In this document: in pieces, positions 1-13,435 of the stretch
How the letters are laid out: every line of letters starts with the position of its first letter
Position numbering within the stretch: position 1 is the first letter of the stretch
Assembly (NCBI RefSeq): GCF_001194135.2
Contig: NC_068985.1
Coordinates: 4,882,254 to 4,946,253, forward strand
DNA length: 64,000 nt
Source of the DNA: Octopus bimaculoides
Lineage: Eukaryota
Direction: 5' to 3'
The notes under the pieces: model-generated
The model's input: only the letters and a program-made list of their open reading frames with translations
What the model was told of the DNA's origin: nothing
The model's database searches: none
Made by a program: the position numbers and the translations under genes

Positions 1-624
1 AAAAGAATAAGAGAAAAAAATTTTGTCATAATGTTCATAACAATAATAGTGATGATGATGATGAGAATGATTATGGTGCTGGTGACTTTGACGAGATAGA
101 TGGTATGGAAGATGTTGTTTAGTATCAAGCCACCCCTGATGGATCTGATGTTAAATGGCAGAATTGTTTCTCATGAAAATGGTTAAGAGTAGTCAACATC
201 ATCAAATTAATGGCAATGTAAAAAGCAGTTATCAGTCAAAAATTCAAAAGGACATCAAGTTGTGCATGTGTGGCTATGTCTCTTCTTCTGTCTATCATGA
301 CAAGAATTGACCATTAAAGATAATGAAATTTTTTTCTCCACAGCTGTAATTCTAACTGATTAAAAAAAAAAAAGAAACACAATTAAGGGCTCACTACAAT
401 AAGTTTGTTAACCTACACTAACATCCATGAGCTTGGTTAGTCAATTGGAGATGGTTGCTTTTTACAGGACCTGAAGGAAGATGTGCTTGAGGATTCTGCC
501 CACACAACCCTCTCAGGAATAAGTGGGTGAAGATGTGATGAGAAGAGATGAACCTACACTTAACTATCTAACAGCCTCGCTCAAATGTTTTGTTATATAT
601 ATATATATATATATCTTTCTTTTT

Positions 625-974
625 TCTTTTATTTGTTTCAGTCATTTAACTGCATCCATGCTAGAGCACCACCTTTAGTCAAACAAATCGACCCCAGCAC
701 TTATTCTTTGTAAGCCCAGTACTTATTCTATTGGTCTCTTCTGCTGAACCGCTAAGTTATGGGGATGTGAACACACCAACATCAGTTGTCAAGTGATAGT
801 GGGGGGACAAACACAGACACACACATACGATGGGCTTCTTTCAGTTTCCATCTACCAAATCCACTCACAAGGCTTTGGTCAGCCCGAGGCTACAGTAGAA
901 GACACTTGCCCAAGGACTGAACCCAGAACCATGTGGTTGGTAAGCAAGCTACTTACCACACAGCCACTCCTGCA

Positions 975-975
<1 letters not shown>
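625..975 (-). mobile_element. tRNA-derived SINE family A (copy)
   Basis: Head ggagtggctgtgtggtaagtagcttgcttaccaaccacatggtt.. on the minus strand. Other copies at about 2545-2950, 6133-6495, 9185-9332, 16100-16470, 26185-26655, 47110-47270, 55425-55575 and 62965-63125. Confidence 0.8.
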
Positions 976-1011
<36 letters not shown>

Positions 1012-1338
1012 ATATAATTATTTGCGGGATCCGAAAGAATCAAAGTATTTTAATAATAAGGACAAGATAGAGTCAAGAACAGCATACTGATGTATCAACA
1101 GTGTGTTTGGACACTCGTACTTCCTAGAGTGTATACAGATTTGTCCTTTCAGTTACACATAACATCCACATGTACAAACCAAAGACACTCAACAAATGCT
1201 TAAAATCACACAAAGGTATACTCGGCATGCAGTCTGTGGTCCACTGTAGGCTCAAGATCCAATGCAGGGAATGTTCCCTGTGTGGTGTAGTATGAATAAT
1301 AACACAAATGGGCTGAGGTTCACTACAGCTGTTTCACA

Positions 1339-1344
1339 TTTATT
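1339..1344 (-). promoter_or_regulatory. Candidate polyadenylation signal (AATAAA) of the tandem-UBA gene
   Basis: The + strand reads TTTATT about 110 nt past the predicted stop. Confidence 0.35.
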
Positions 1345-1455
1345 ACTACATATATTCAACATCAAACTAGCCTCTCTCAATTTACTCTCCCAACTGGCAC
1401 CAGGATGAGAGAGTGACTATACATTCTATACTTTTGGGATGAAAAATCCTACATT

Positions 1456-1488
1456 TTAAATTTTGGATTTTAATTTGAATTCATTTAC
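1456..1488 (-). CDS. Tandem-UBA gene terminal coding exon (VNEFKLKSKI-stop)
   Basis: ttttccttag acceptor, phase 0, TAA at 1458-1456. AATAAA on the minus strand at 1344-1339. Confidence 0.65.
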   Translation of the reverse strand, partial: VNEFKLKSKI

Positions 1489-4400
1489 CTAAGGAAAACA
1501 TTTTTTTTTTAAATGATGTAATTGATTTGATCTTCAAAAAAAAAAACACGTCTGAAACAGTTGTAGCGAACCTCAGTCCATTTATGCTACTATTCATGTA
1601 TACACAGCCGTAGCCTACACTAGTGTCACATAACCAGCCCACTTAAAAAAGTACCTTTGGATCGTCGAGCAACATGCTGTGCCTGAGGAGACCTATTGAG
1701 CCAAGTACATCAAAATCAAAATCAAACCACAATCAAATGGAAATTATAGTTGTGGGTGATGCCAGTGCCACCTGACTGGCTCCCATGCTGGTGGCACACA
1801 ATAAGCATCATTCATGCGTAGGTCATTGCCAGTTACGCTTAATTGGCTCCCTGTAACGGTGGCATGTAAAAAGCACCATCTGAATGTGGTTGATGCCAGC
1901 CCCTTCACCCTGACTGGCTCCTGTGCCAGTGGCATGTAAAATGCACCATCTGAACGTGGGCGATGCCAGCACTGCCTGACTGACTCCCGTGCTGGTGGCA
2001 CGTAAAAAGCACTCTCTACACTCACAGAGTGGTTGGTGTTAGGAAGAGAATCCAGCTGTGGAAACATCGTCAGATCAGATTGAAGCCTGGTGCGGCCTCC
2101 TGGCATGCCAGACTTCAGTCAAACTGTCCAACCTATGCCAACATGGAAAATGGAAGTTAAACAATGATGATGATGATACATACATATATATCAATATGTG
2201 TGTTGTTTAAACATCAGAAGCTGAGGTTTATCATTTGGGTAAAAAACCCTTTCAAGGTATAAAGTGTTAAGAAACACAACATCCTTTAGAGCTATGTAAA
2301 ACAAAATCCCCCTAGAGGTGAACATGAGAGCAACAGATACATGTTTAGCCATAGTTGAAGAATGTCAGTGTAGTGCACTCGTATCCTTTCTCATGCAGAA
2401 TCAAATCTCCTAGCCTAAAGTATACACAGATTCATCTGGATTTTTACCACATGAAAAACTACAGCTTCTGGCATTTAAACAACACACATACATTAAGTAT
2501 GTTGCATTGATAATTTTTTTTTATCATATAACTGCTTCTATTTTTATCTTTTATTTGTGTCAGTCATTAGACTGCAGCCATGCTGGGGCACTGCCTTGAA
2601 GAATTTTTAGTTGAATGAAGCAACTTCAGTACCTTCTTGTAAGTCTGGTACTTATTCTATCAGTATCTTTTGCCAAACTGCTAACTTATGGGGATGAGAA
2701 CACGCCAACACCAATTGTGAAGTGGTGGTGGAGGACAAACAGACACAAACACACACACACATTAACACACATACACACACACACTAACACACACATGATG
2801 ACCTTCTCTCAGTTTCCGTCTACTAAATCCATTTGCAAGGCTTTAGTTGGCCTGAGGCTATGGTAGAAGACAATTGTCCATGATGCTAAACAGTGAGACT
2901 GAACCAGGAACTATGTGGTTGGGAAGCAAACTTCTTAATCACACCACACAGCCAAACCTAGAGTATAATTTGAATTTACATCTACTACCTCGAATTTATC
3001 TTTGTTTTTGTGTTAGAAAACAACAAACCAAAGACATCAAACAAAAAAAACTCAGTCAAGATATGCGTCAAAAGTGCTCACAGGAGAAGGAAAAGGAGAT
3101 TAACCATAAAAAATCTTAACATTACCTCTTCCATTCTTTGCACTGAATCTCTAAGTTGTTCACTTTCTTGATATAGCTTATAAACATTGTCCATAAACTC
3201 ATCCATCTTTTCCCTGAAAGTAAACATCATCACAATAATGATCATCAACAAAACATAATGGTGAAGATGATGATTTCATTTATTTGCCACAAGGGTGAAG
3301 GATGAGGGGGACAATACAAAGACAGACATAAAGTGTGGGCAGTTTATATATAATGAAATGATAAAAAAGAAAGAAAGTATACACTGAAAAAGAAGAGACA
3401 TGCATAGCATACAAAAGTTTAAAAGAGAAAAAAAAGGGGCAGGGAGGATGAGAGAGATGTGGCCCTCCTGATACAAGAAGGCCTCTAGAGATAATCGAGG
3501 AACCCCATTCTCCAAGATTTCCCTGAAATCTCAGGTGCAAGTGCCCTCACCAATTCCTTCTCTGCAACTCACAGGTCTACACTTANNNNNNNNNNGATTT
3601 CCCTGAAATCTCAGGTGCAAGTGCCCTCACCAATTCCTTCTCTGCAACTCACAGGTCTACACTTAGAGAGGTACCATCCACTCTTGCCATTTTCACAACT
3701 TTCATCCAGCTTTCAATAAATTCACTCGAGGACAGCACTTCTCTTTCCACTCTCAATTTCCTTTTCAAGTGAAACTTGAAGTAGTCAATGAGAGATCTAC
3801 CAAAGAGGAATGTATCTGTCCTCAAGCCTTTCAGCCTTGTCTACCAAACAACTCTTCTGCCACATCCTCCAGGCAAAGGAAAACTGCTTTGCCTACCCAA
3901 TTAAAGGAGGTCAGCAGTGCGATGGATCCATGTCACACGTGACAGCAGCTATTCGACATCACTCCATAAGTCAGAAATGCCCAGACACTGAACGAGGACA
4001 TGCAGAACAGTTTGGTCACTATACATGCACCTTGGACAAGCCTGTCTGACATCACATCCATGCCTGTAGAGTTTATCATGAACTGGTAGCACTCCCCAGT
4101 TGCAATGCTAGGCCAAGGAAATTATCCATGTTAGTTCCCAACCAGAAAGTCCTCTGGAAGAGACTAGCCAGTTTGTTCTCGTCAGCACCCAGAGTCTCCT
4201 CAAAAATGTCATCACGCTTCGCCTCTACTAATCCTCTATAAATTTTTAAAGTGGATCATTCACTGATCCCATTGCTTGACAGGTAGAGGACTGTGAGAGC
4301 TTGATAACATTCTAGGTGCCACAACAACAATGTATTCATATAGGAAACATCTTAACTTTCAGCACTGGCTACAAATGGTACAGAAAATCTGTAGCGATAC

Positions 4401-7400
4401 ACTTAAAAAGTGAAAATTAGTTGATGTCTTTCTATTGTGAGAACATATGAGAAGAGCAGCACAACATCTTAGAAGGAAAGAAAAAAGAAGTACAAAAGGT
4501 GATATTTATACTCAACAGCAAGTCAACAGTTCTGTATTGAAGAGATGAGGAATTATGTACATTATTTACATTTGACAGATATTTCTCTTCATCTTGTTTC
4601 TTAACACATTTCGGCTGATATACCCTCAAGCCTTCATCAGGTGTCTTGGGGAAATTTCGAACCTGCGTTCTCATTCCTAAGGCATTTTTAGATGTTATTA
4701 TTATTAGTATTCAGGTCACTGCTTGGAATCGAACTCGGAATCTTGGGGTTAGTAGCTCTTACGGGCATATGAGGTAGTGGTTTTGAGCGCAGGTTACTAA
4801 CCCCAAGATTCCGAGTTCGATTCCAGGAAGTGATCTGAGCAGCGGCGGCGACGGCGACGACGACGACAACAACAACTCGGAATCTTGGGGTTAGTAGCTC
4901 TTATGGCTTATGGGGTAGTGGTTAAGAGCACAGGCTACTAACCCCAAGATTCTGAGTTCGATTTCAGGCAGTGATCTGAGCAGCAGCAGCAACAATGACA
5001 ACAACAACGAAAACATAGAATGCAGAATCTGTGGATAAAATCAGAAAGTGATAAGTGCAGAATCTGTGGACAAAACGGTGAAACCGTATGGCATATTACC
5101 AGCCAATGTATGTCCCTAGCCCAGAAGGAATATAAGATATGCCACCACAATATGGCCAGGCTTGTCCATTGGACATTTTGCAACAAGTATGGACTTGACA
5201 GAGCAAAAACTTGGTACGACCACAAACCTGAAGGCATCGTCCAAAATAGAAATGCAAATATCCTGTGGAATTTTATGATTCAGTACGACCATGAGATTGA
5301 GAATAGGAAGCCGGACATAGTCTGAATTCAGAAAGAAAACAAACTATGCTGGATTATCGATACAGCATGCCCAACTGACAACAAGGTATGCGATAAGGAA
5401 GAAAGAAAAGTCGAGAGATATGACAAGTTAGCTTGGAAAGTTAAGCAGTTGTGGTCGATGAAAAAGTTAGCAGTAGTACCAATAATTGTCAGAGCCCTGA
5501 GAACAGTGAGCAAAAATCTCGAGAAGTACGTNNNNNNNNNNCAGAGCCCTGAGAACAGTGAGCAAAAATCTCGAGAAGTACGTGGAACAAATAGGGGCTG
5601 CAATAAGGGTGGAGCACTTGCAGAAAACAGCACTGCTTGGAACCACTCGAATACTCTGGAAGGTGCTCAAAAAATAAGGGGTGTTACCTTAGTTCACTGG
5701 TAGTGAACAGGTGACATTGTAGTACATCTCCAGCGTTAGAAACTGTGCAAAGGTAACAATAATAATAATAATAATCCTTCCTTCTAAAAGCAGGAGGTCT
5801 GAAATTTTGAAGGGAGGGATTACACTGACCCCAGAGTTCAACTGGTACTTATTTTATCAACTCTGAAAGGATGAAAGGCAAAGTCAATCTCAGCAGAATT
5901 TGAACCCAGAATATGGACAGACAAAATGAAATTCCACTAAGCATTTTGTCTAGCATGATATTGATTATGCTATCTCACTGTCTTAAGAAGAACTGCAGTT
6001 GCAGAACAAAAGACAATCAAGACACACAACTCTTAGACATAGTCTAAAAATTAGTCCAGCTTGACACATGTTGCATTTTATGCAAAACATGGTCAATTTA
6101 CTCTACACACAATACTTACATCTAACATATTCTTTTACTTGTTTCAGTCATTTGACTACAGCCATGCTAGAGCACCACCTTTAGTTGAACAAATTGATCC
6201 TAGGACTTATTCGTTGTAAACCTAGTACTTATTCTATCCGTCCCTTTTATCAAACTGCTAAGTTACAGGGATCTAAACACACCAACATTGGTTGTCAATC
6301 GATTGTGGAGAGACAAACACAGATACACAAATACATACATATACGATGGGCTTCTTTCAGTTTCCATCTACCAAATCCACTTACAAGGCTTTGGTTGGAC
6401 CGAAGCTATAGTAGAAGACACATGCCCAAGGTGCCATGCAGTGGAACTGAACCTGGAACCACATGGTTGGGAAGCAAGTTTCTTACCACACAGCAGCAGC
6501 AATGCGACAAGTAAAAATAATCTTGATTTATAACATGGACATAAGCAAGCCAATATATTTTGGGGAAAGGTGTAGTCAACTAAATTGGCTCTGGTATTTG
6601 ATTGGTGCTAATCTTATTGATCATGGAAGAATGAAAAGCAAAGCTGACCTTAGCAAGATTTGAAATAAGAACACAAAGGTCTGTAACTAAAAAGTACAAT
6701 GCTCTACTGATGCTGTCCATTTAATGCTCTAAAAGCCCTACAACAAATAAAATTTATACACACCTAATGAACACAAAGACACACTTGGTAGGGTAATAGA
6801 AACTCACATGAAATTGTTGAAATCATAAAATCATCATCGTTTAACATTTGTTTTCCATGCTGGCATGGGTTGGACAGTTTGACTGTGGACTGGCAAGCCA
6901 AGAAGCCACATCAGGCTCCAATCTGATCTGGCAATGTTTCTACAGCTGGATACCCTTTCCTAACGCCTACCACTCTGAGAGTGTAGTGGGTGCTTTTTAT
7001 GTGCCACTGGCTTGGGGACTAGTCAGGCGGCACTGGCACTGGCCACGTTTGGATGGTACTTTTTATGTGCTACCGGCACAGGAGCCAGTCGGGGTGGGGG
7101 CATTGGCATCGACCATGTTCGGATGGTGCTTTTCACATGTCACTGGCACAGGGAGCCAGTCAGATAGCACTAGCAACAACAATAATGGTTTCAAACTTTG
7201 GCACAAGACCAGCAATTTTGGGGAGCCAGTCAGGTGGCACTGGCAACAATAACAATAATGGTTTCAGACTTTGGCACAAGATCGGCAATTCTGGGGAGGG
7301 GATTAGTCAATTACATCAATCCCCACTGCACAACTGGTACTTATTTTATCAACTCCAATGGAATTTGAAATCAGAACATAAAGACAGGCGATATATCATT

Positions 7401-10400
7401 AAGCTTGCTAATGATTCTACCAGCACATTGCCTTTTAAATACTGATCCCAATTTTGGCACAAAGCCAGCAATTTTGGAAGCGGGAATAAGTCAATTACAT
7501 TAACCCCAGTGTTCAACTAGTACTTATTTTATTGACCCTGAATGGATGAAAGGCAAAGTTGACCCTGGTGTTGTTTGAACTCAAAACTTGGCCGGAATTG
7601 TACTTTATTGAATTCTGCTGTTTTGAACTGTCTTCCTTCTTTCTTGTCTTCTTTGTTTTGTTTTTTTTCTTCAAACTCTTTTTGAACTTGTGTTTGACTT
7701 TTTTTGGACTTAAAAACATGGCAAAGAAAAGTGATAAGGTGTTGGAGTGGGAAATTGACCCACCCAAACAGGATAAAAAGTCTTGAGAAGAGGACAGTGG
7801 TACTGCGGAAGTACTTCAAGTTGCTCGATACCATCGCCCTCTTCAAAAAGATTGATATAGAGAGAGAGTTGGCGGAATACATGCCAACTATAAAACTTAT
7901 TTCCAGAGGTGTCAAATATGTGACGGTGTGGTTGCTATTTGACACCCCTGAAGAGACTCGCAATTTTGTGAGTCAGCCCTTAGTGGGCAAAGAGATATTG
8001 TTTCTTCCCAAGTATTGTGGGAAGAAGTTGACAATGGCTTGGGTCTATGGGTTGTCACCCGGGATAGAACCGAGTGGATAGAAAACACTATTCACCGGGG
8101 TCTGGGTGGCAGCGGAGCCGAGCTTCTCAGTGTAAAAATTTTGTCTGCGTTTGATTGGGTGAGGTCAAAAGCGGTTTTGACCCTGTGGACCCAATCAGCC
8201 AAGAATCTGGTGTTTCTAGATTTTCTGAGAATGGCCGGTTGTAGGTATCTGGTGATTCTTGAGGGACGCCCCCCCCCACCACTAGTGTCACCTGTGCCTG
8301 GAACCAGGCCACATTAAAAAGAACTGTCCCCAGGGAGAGATGGAGGCAGTGGAGACCTCCCCAGAAAAAAAGGAAGAAGGGGGACAACAATGGTTGCCCA
8401 CCGAAGGACCCCAAGGCTGCGGGAAGGAGGGAAGATCCTCCAGTTAAAGCAGAGGAACTACACCCTCCCATAACAAAGGGGAGAAAAAAGAAGAAAAACA
8501 GGGCAGTGCCGGCATGTTCCGAAGCCCTGTCGGTGGGAATTGTGCCACTGATGGTGGAAGTTGTGACCTTGACCCATGTGGAGGAGGAATTTTTGATCTT
8601 CTTCCACAGGGGAGAGGCAGTGGGAAAGTTTACTAAAAAGTTTGCCAGGGGAGGAGATATAACCTGCATTAAAGATCCTGGATGGCCTCCGCAGGTAGCT
8701 GTCATCTCAGACACGGATTTTTTCAAGGTAATAAACTCCTTCCCAGAAGATGTATTCCGCTTCCGATTAAAGCGCCCTGAACTGGCACTATCGGAGTGCT
8801 TAAGTGACACTTTGAGCTTGGATGGGTGCTGGCGGGGCGGAAAATAGTAAAAATTAAGAGGCTGAGTGCCTCATACTGAAAGGGCATGTGGCCCATAAGA
8901 GAAAATGTAAGAGGCCTGGTGTCTCATTTGTAAGGACATTGTGTTATTTTTGGTAAGAAGCTTAGTGCCTCATTGTATGGACCTTGTGTCCAATGAAACA
9001 TTAGTAAGAGGTTTATTACCTCAAATTGTGTGTTTTGTAAAAGAACAATGTTTTAGAGAAGCAGCGATCGGCGGGTGTCATCTGCCTTCCCTCATTAATA
9101 CCATTTTGTTCATTCATCTCTTTAATGTTATTGTCCAGCCCGCAGCTACTACTTCTACGTAATGCCTTGATAGCAAATTGAATGAAATAAAGAAGCTTAC
9201 TTCCCAACCACATGGTTCCAAGTTCAGTCCCACTACACATCACCTTAGGCAAGTGTCTTCTACTTTAGCCTTGAGCCAACCAAAGCCTTGTGAGTGGATT
9301 TGGTAGACTGAAACTGAAAAGAAGCTTGTCGTNNNNNNNNNNNNNNNNNNNNNNNNNNNNNNNNNNNNNNNNNNNNNNNNNNNNNNNNNNNNNNNNNNNN
9401 NNNNNNNNNNNNNNNNNNNNNNNNNNNNNNNNNNNNNNNNNNNNNNNNNNNNNNNNNNNNNNNNNNNNNNNNNNNNNNNNNNNNNNNNNNNNNNNNNNNN
9501 NNNNNNNNNNNNNNNNNNNNNNNNNNNNNNNNNNNNNNNNNNNNNNNNNNNNNNNNNNNNNNNNNNNNNNNNNNNNNNNNNNNTACCAAAATAAATAATC
9601 TTCTCTACTCTAGGTACAAGGCCTGAAATTTTTGGGGAGAGGGGAGCAGTCGATTAGATCGACTTCAGTATGCAACTGGTACTTAATTATCAACCCCAAA
9701 AGGATGAAAGGCAAAGTCAACCTCGGCGGAATTTGAACTCAGAATGTAAAGACAGATGAAATACTGCTAAGCATTTCGCCCAGCGTGCTAAAGATTCTGC
9801 CAGCCTGCCACCTTACCAAAATAAATAATAAATACATACCTGAACTCAAAATGATACACTCCATATTTTCTGTAGGCAACATAGAGATCACTTAAATAAA
9901 GAGCAACCTGGAAAGATAACAATATCAAATAATCTTTTGATACGTGTTTGTAAAGATTGATCAGTCTATAAACTTCATCTTTTATGATGTTTTTTACACT
10001 ACACTTAAACTTGTAATCATTTACAGATGCTCAATTTTTACATATATATGATATGATGGCAACCGTGCATACAGTTTAGCTCCAAGTTGGCTCTGATAGA
10101 TCAAACCGTTGATAAAAGATGTTCCAGCCTTGAGCAGCCCAAATTTTGTTTCAGTTCAAGATACACTTTGTTGGAGAATTGTAAAAAAAAACCCACAAAA
10201 ACAAACAAGTTAATCATGGGTAGAATGTCATTTTACAAGAGTTTTACTTAGTGACTGACACCAGTGCCGTCTCACTGGCATCTGTGCCAGTAGCACATAA
10301 AAAGTACCATTCAAGCATTGGGCCTCATGGAGGCAGTGACAGGTGACCAAACGTCTTGGTAATATACTGTGCTTGTGTTGACTTGTCAAGCCAAGTGAGA

Positions 10401-13390
10401 CCATAGTCATGTCTGATGCCAGTGTCAGGTCAATGGCACCCATGCCGGTGACACGTAAAAAGCACCCACTACACTCTCAGAGTGGTTGATGTTAGGAAGG
10501 GCATCCAGTCATAGAAACCTTGCCAAATTAGATTGGAACTTGGTGCAGACCCCTGGCTTACCAGTTTTCATTTAAACCAACCAACCCATGCCAGCATGGA
10601 AAGCGGACATTAAACAATGATGATGATGATGATGAAGGCTAACTTGGAGCTAAATAGTTATACTTCTTGCCAACTAAATGCCAGAGTCCTAGTTACTTTG
10701 GCTGGTATCAATCAAGCTAGTTGTCACTCAGTTCTATTATCACCTAGCTGGCTGTCAACTGATTGCCACTGCCATGTGTACATATATTTTGGTTAGGCTT
10801 GAAATAGGGATATTTAATTCTAACACGAAGTTAATTTCAGGATTGGTTTATCTTCTTTCACTTGGTTCTTTCTTGCATATATCCCTATATTTCAATGAAG
10901 CAAAGTATTATTTATCCCAGGCAAAAACAATGGGCCAGGTACTTGTGATATTAATGTTTTTCTCAGTTAACTAAACATGAATTACCTAAGATTAGAAGTA
11001 CCCTTCTACAGGTCAATACCAAAGTGTATGAAACAGTATTGATTGTGTTGATGGCTGATTCAGTCTACATCTTCTGTCTGAGAAGACCTGTCAAACCAAG
11101 TGAGATCATAGTTGAGGCTGACGCCGGTGTTTTGTAACTGGTACCCATGCCAGTGGCATGAAAAAGGCACTCACTACACTCTTGGAGTAGTTGACATTAG
11201 TAACGATATCCAGCCATAGAAAACATGTCAAATCAGACTGGAACTTGGTGCAGCTCCCCAGCTTACCAGTTTTCAGTCATTTAATACCAACTCATACCAA
11301 CATGGAAAACGGACATTAAATGATGATGATCATCATCATGATCATCCAAAAATAAAATAAGAAAATGATCACTTTATAATTTTCATAGCATTAATAATAT
11401 GTTTAATCAAACATACGATGAAATTCCATTCTGCTTTCTTCAGAACATATACTGTTTCACCATTTGTATAAGGATATCTTTCTCGTAACACATAAAACAG
11501 ATCAAGTTGTGATTCTGGTTCACTAGAAGAAAAACATATACATATATATATATATATATATAAATGTGTATAACATAATATCTATATAAATATACTAAGT
11601 TGCTTTATCCTTGTCGGTTAAAAGGATTCTTTAACAAAAATCACTTTAACCTATTTAGTACCAACAAATGTGAGACTGTCCCTGACCCTACAACCAAAAT
11701 TTAATGCTATTTCATGTCCCAAAGACCAGCTTAACAAGAATAAAGATATTTTCCTGAATTTTTCAATAATTTCAAAATTAATTGTAGCAAAGGATGAATA
11801 TCTCAACAGAAATATGGTAACAAAAGCATGAAACTTACTACTCTACTGACCCATGGGACTACATTTTGAATCTTGTTACATGCACTGTACTATGCATTGC
11901 TGCTAAAAGTATGTACAGGATTTTCGAAATAAGTTGTCTCCTATCAGATAAATGACCTCATTTGACATTTCATTCAATGTGAATTTTCACAACATACATA
12001 CATTGAAGGTTCGTGGCTTAGTGGTTAGGGCACTCAGCTAACAATCGTAAAGTTGTGAGTTCAATTTCTGGCAGCACATTGTGTCCTTGAGCAAAACACT
12101 ATATTTTGTGGCACTCTCTTCCATTCAGCTAGCAAATATGATTTGTACTTGTAATTCAAAGGGCTAGCCTTGTTACATTCTATGTCAAGCTGAATCTCCC
12201 ACAGAACTAAGCTAAGTGTATATGTGTCTGTGGAGTACTCAGCTACTTGCGTGTTAATTTCACGAGCAAGCTGTTTCATTGATTGAATCAACTGGAAGAC
12301 TTATTGTTATAACAGACGGAGAGCCAGACAGATATGAATCACTTTAGTATAATACTTATAATACAGTATAATAACTTATAATGCATTGAAAGGAAATAAG
12401 TGAAGCAGAAATGTGTATTTTACTTACGGTCCAGTATCCTCATAGTATCTGCATACAATTTGGTCATCAACAATATCAATATACTGAGATGGATATTTTT
12501 TCATCTTCCCAGCTGCATTAGAAATCTCAACATTATCTGATTCAGCAATGTTTTGAGCAACCTTCAATACACAGAAAGGGAAATAGATAAGATATCAAAT
12601 TTATGTAACTATAATAGTATAATATATAACTATAATCTAGTACAGGTGCATAAACACACCTGTGCCAGTGGCAGGTAAAAAGCATCCAACACACTCTAAG
12701 TGGTTGGCATTAGGAAGGGTATCGAGCCGTAAAAACCAAGCCACAACAAACAATTGGAGTTTGGACAGTTCCCAGCTGGCCAGATTCATGTCAAACCATC
12801 CAATCCATGCCAGCATAGAAAATGGAAATGATGATGATGACGATGATATAGACAAGGTCTAAATAATGGTCATTACATATTTTTCCTTTATTGGGGTAAA
12901 TGTGGCTTACAACTGTTTCCTGTAGTCATAGGTTCGTTACTGATAGGTTTATTCAAATGATCAATGATCAGTTGAGAAAAGTTGAATGACCTTAAAAATT
13001 AATGCTATTTTCTGTCAGAGCCATTTCTGATAGAATGGTACATGCATGAGGGGTGGAGAGAAGAGAGGGAGCAAGTGGAAGAGAGATAAGAGGAAAGGGG
13101 AAGGCAAGTGATGATTTGGAAGGGAAGGACTAAGGTGAAGAGAAGGAAAGAAGAGAGGAAGGGATAGAAAGAGTAGGGGAGAGGAGGCATTCAATAGAAG
13201 AAGGGGGATAAGATAGCTGAAATTGAGGAAAGGACAGTCACAAAACATAAAGTGTCTGTAGTTGGGTCATCATACAAGAACATGCTTGCATTGTTTTTAG
13301 GTTAGATATTCTCCAAATATTGTTGCATTTCAGGAAAGTCATTTTATTTATTATTATTATTTTATTTTTGCCAAATAAACACACGAACTA

Positions 13391-13435
<45 letters not shown>

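Noticed and set aside
1-350. Acidic (GAT)-rich stretch resembling coding sequence
   Set aside because: Stops occur in the readable frames and no splice structure or recognisable motif is present.
3517-3666. 70-bp direct repeat around a 9-N gap (likewise 5490-5583 around a 10-N gap)
   Set aside because: Identical sequence on both sides of a tiny gap is the signature of unmerged contig overlaps, so this is an assembly artefact.
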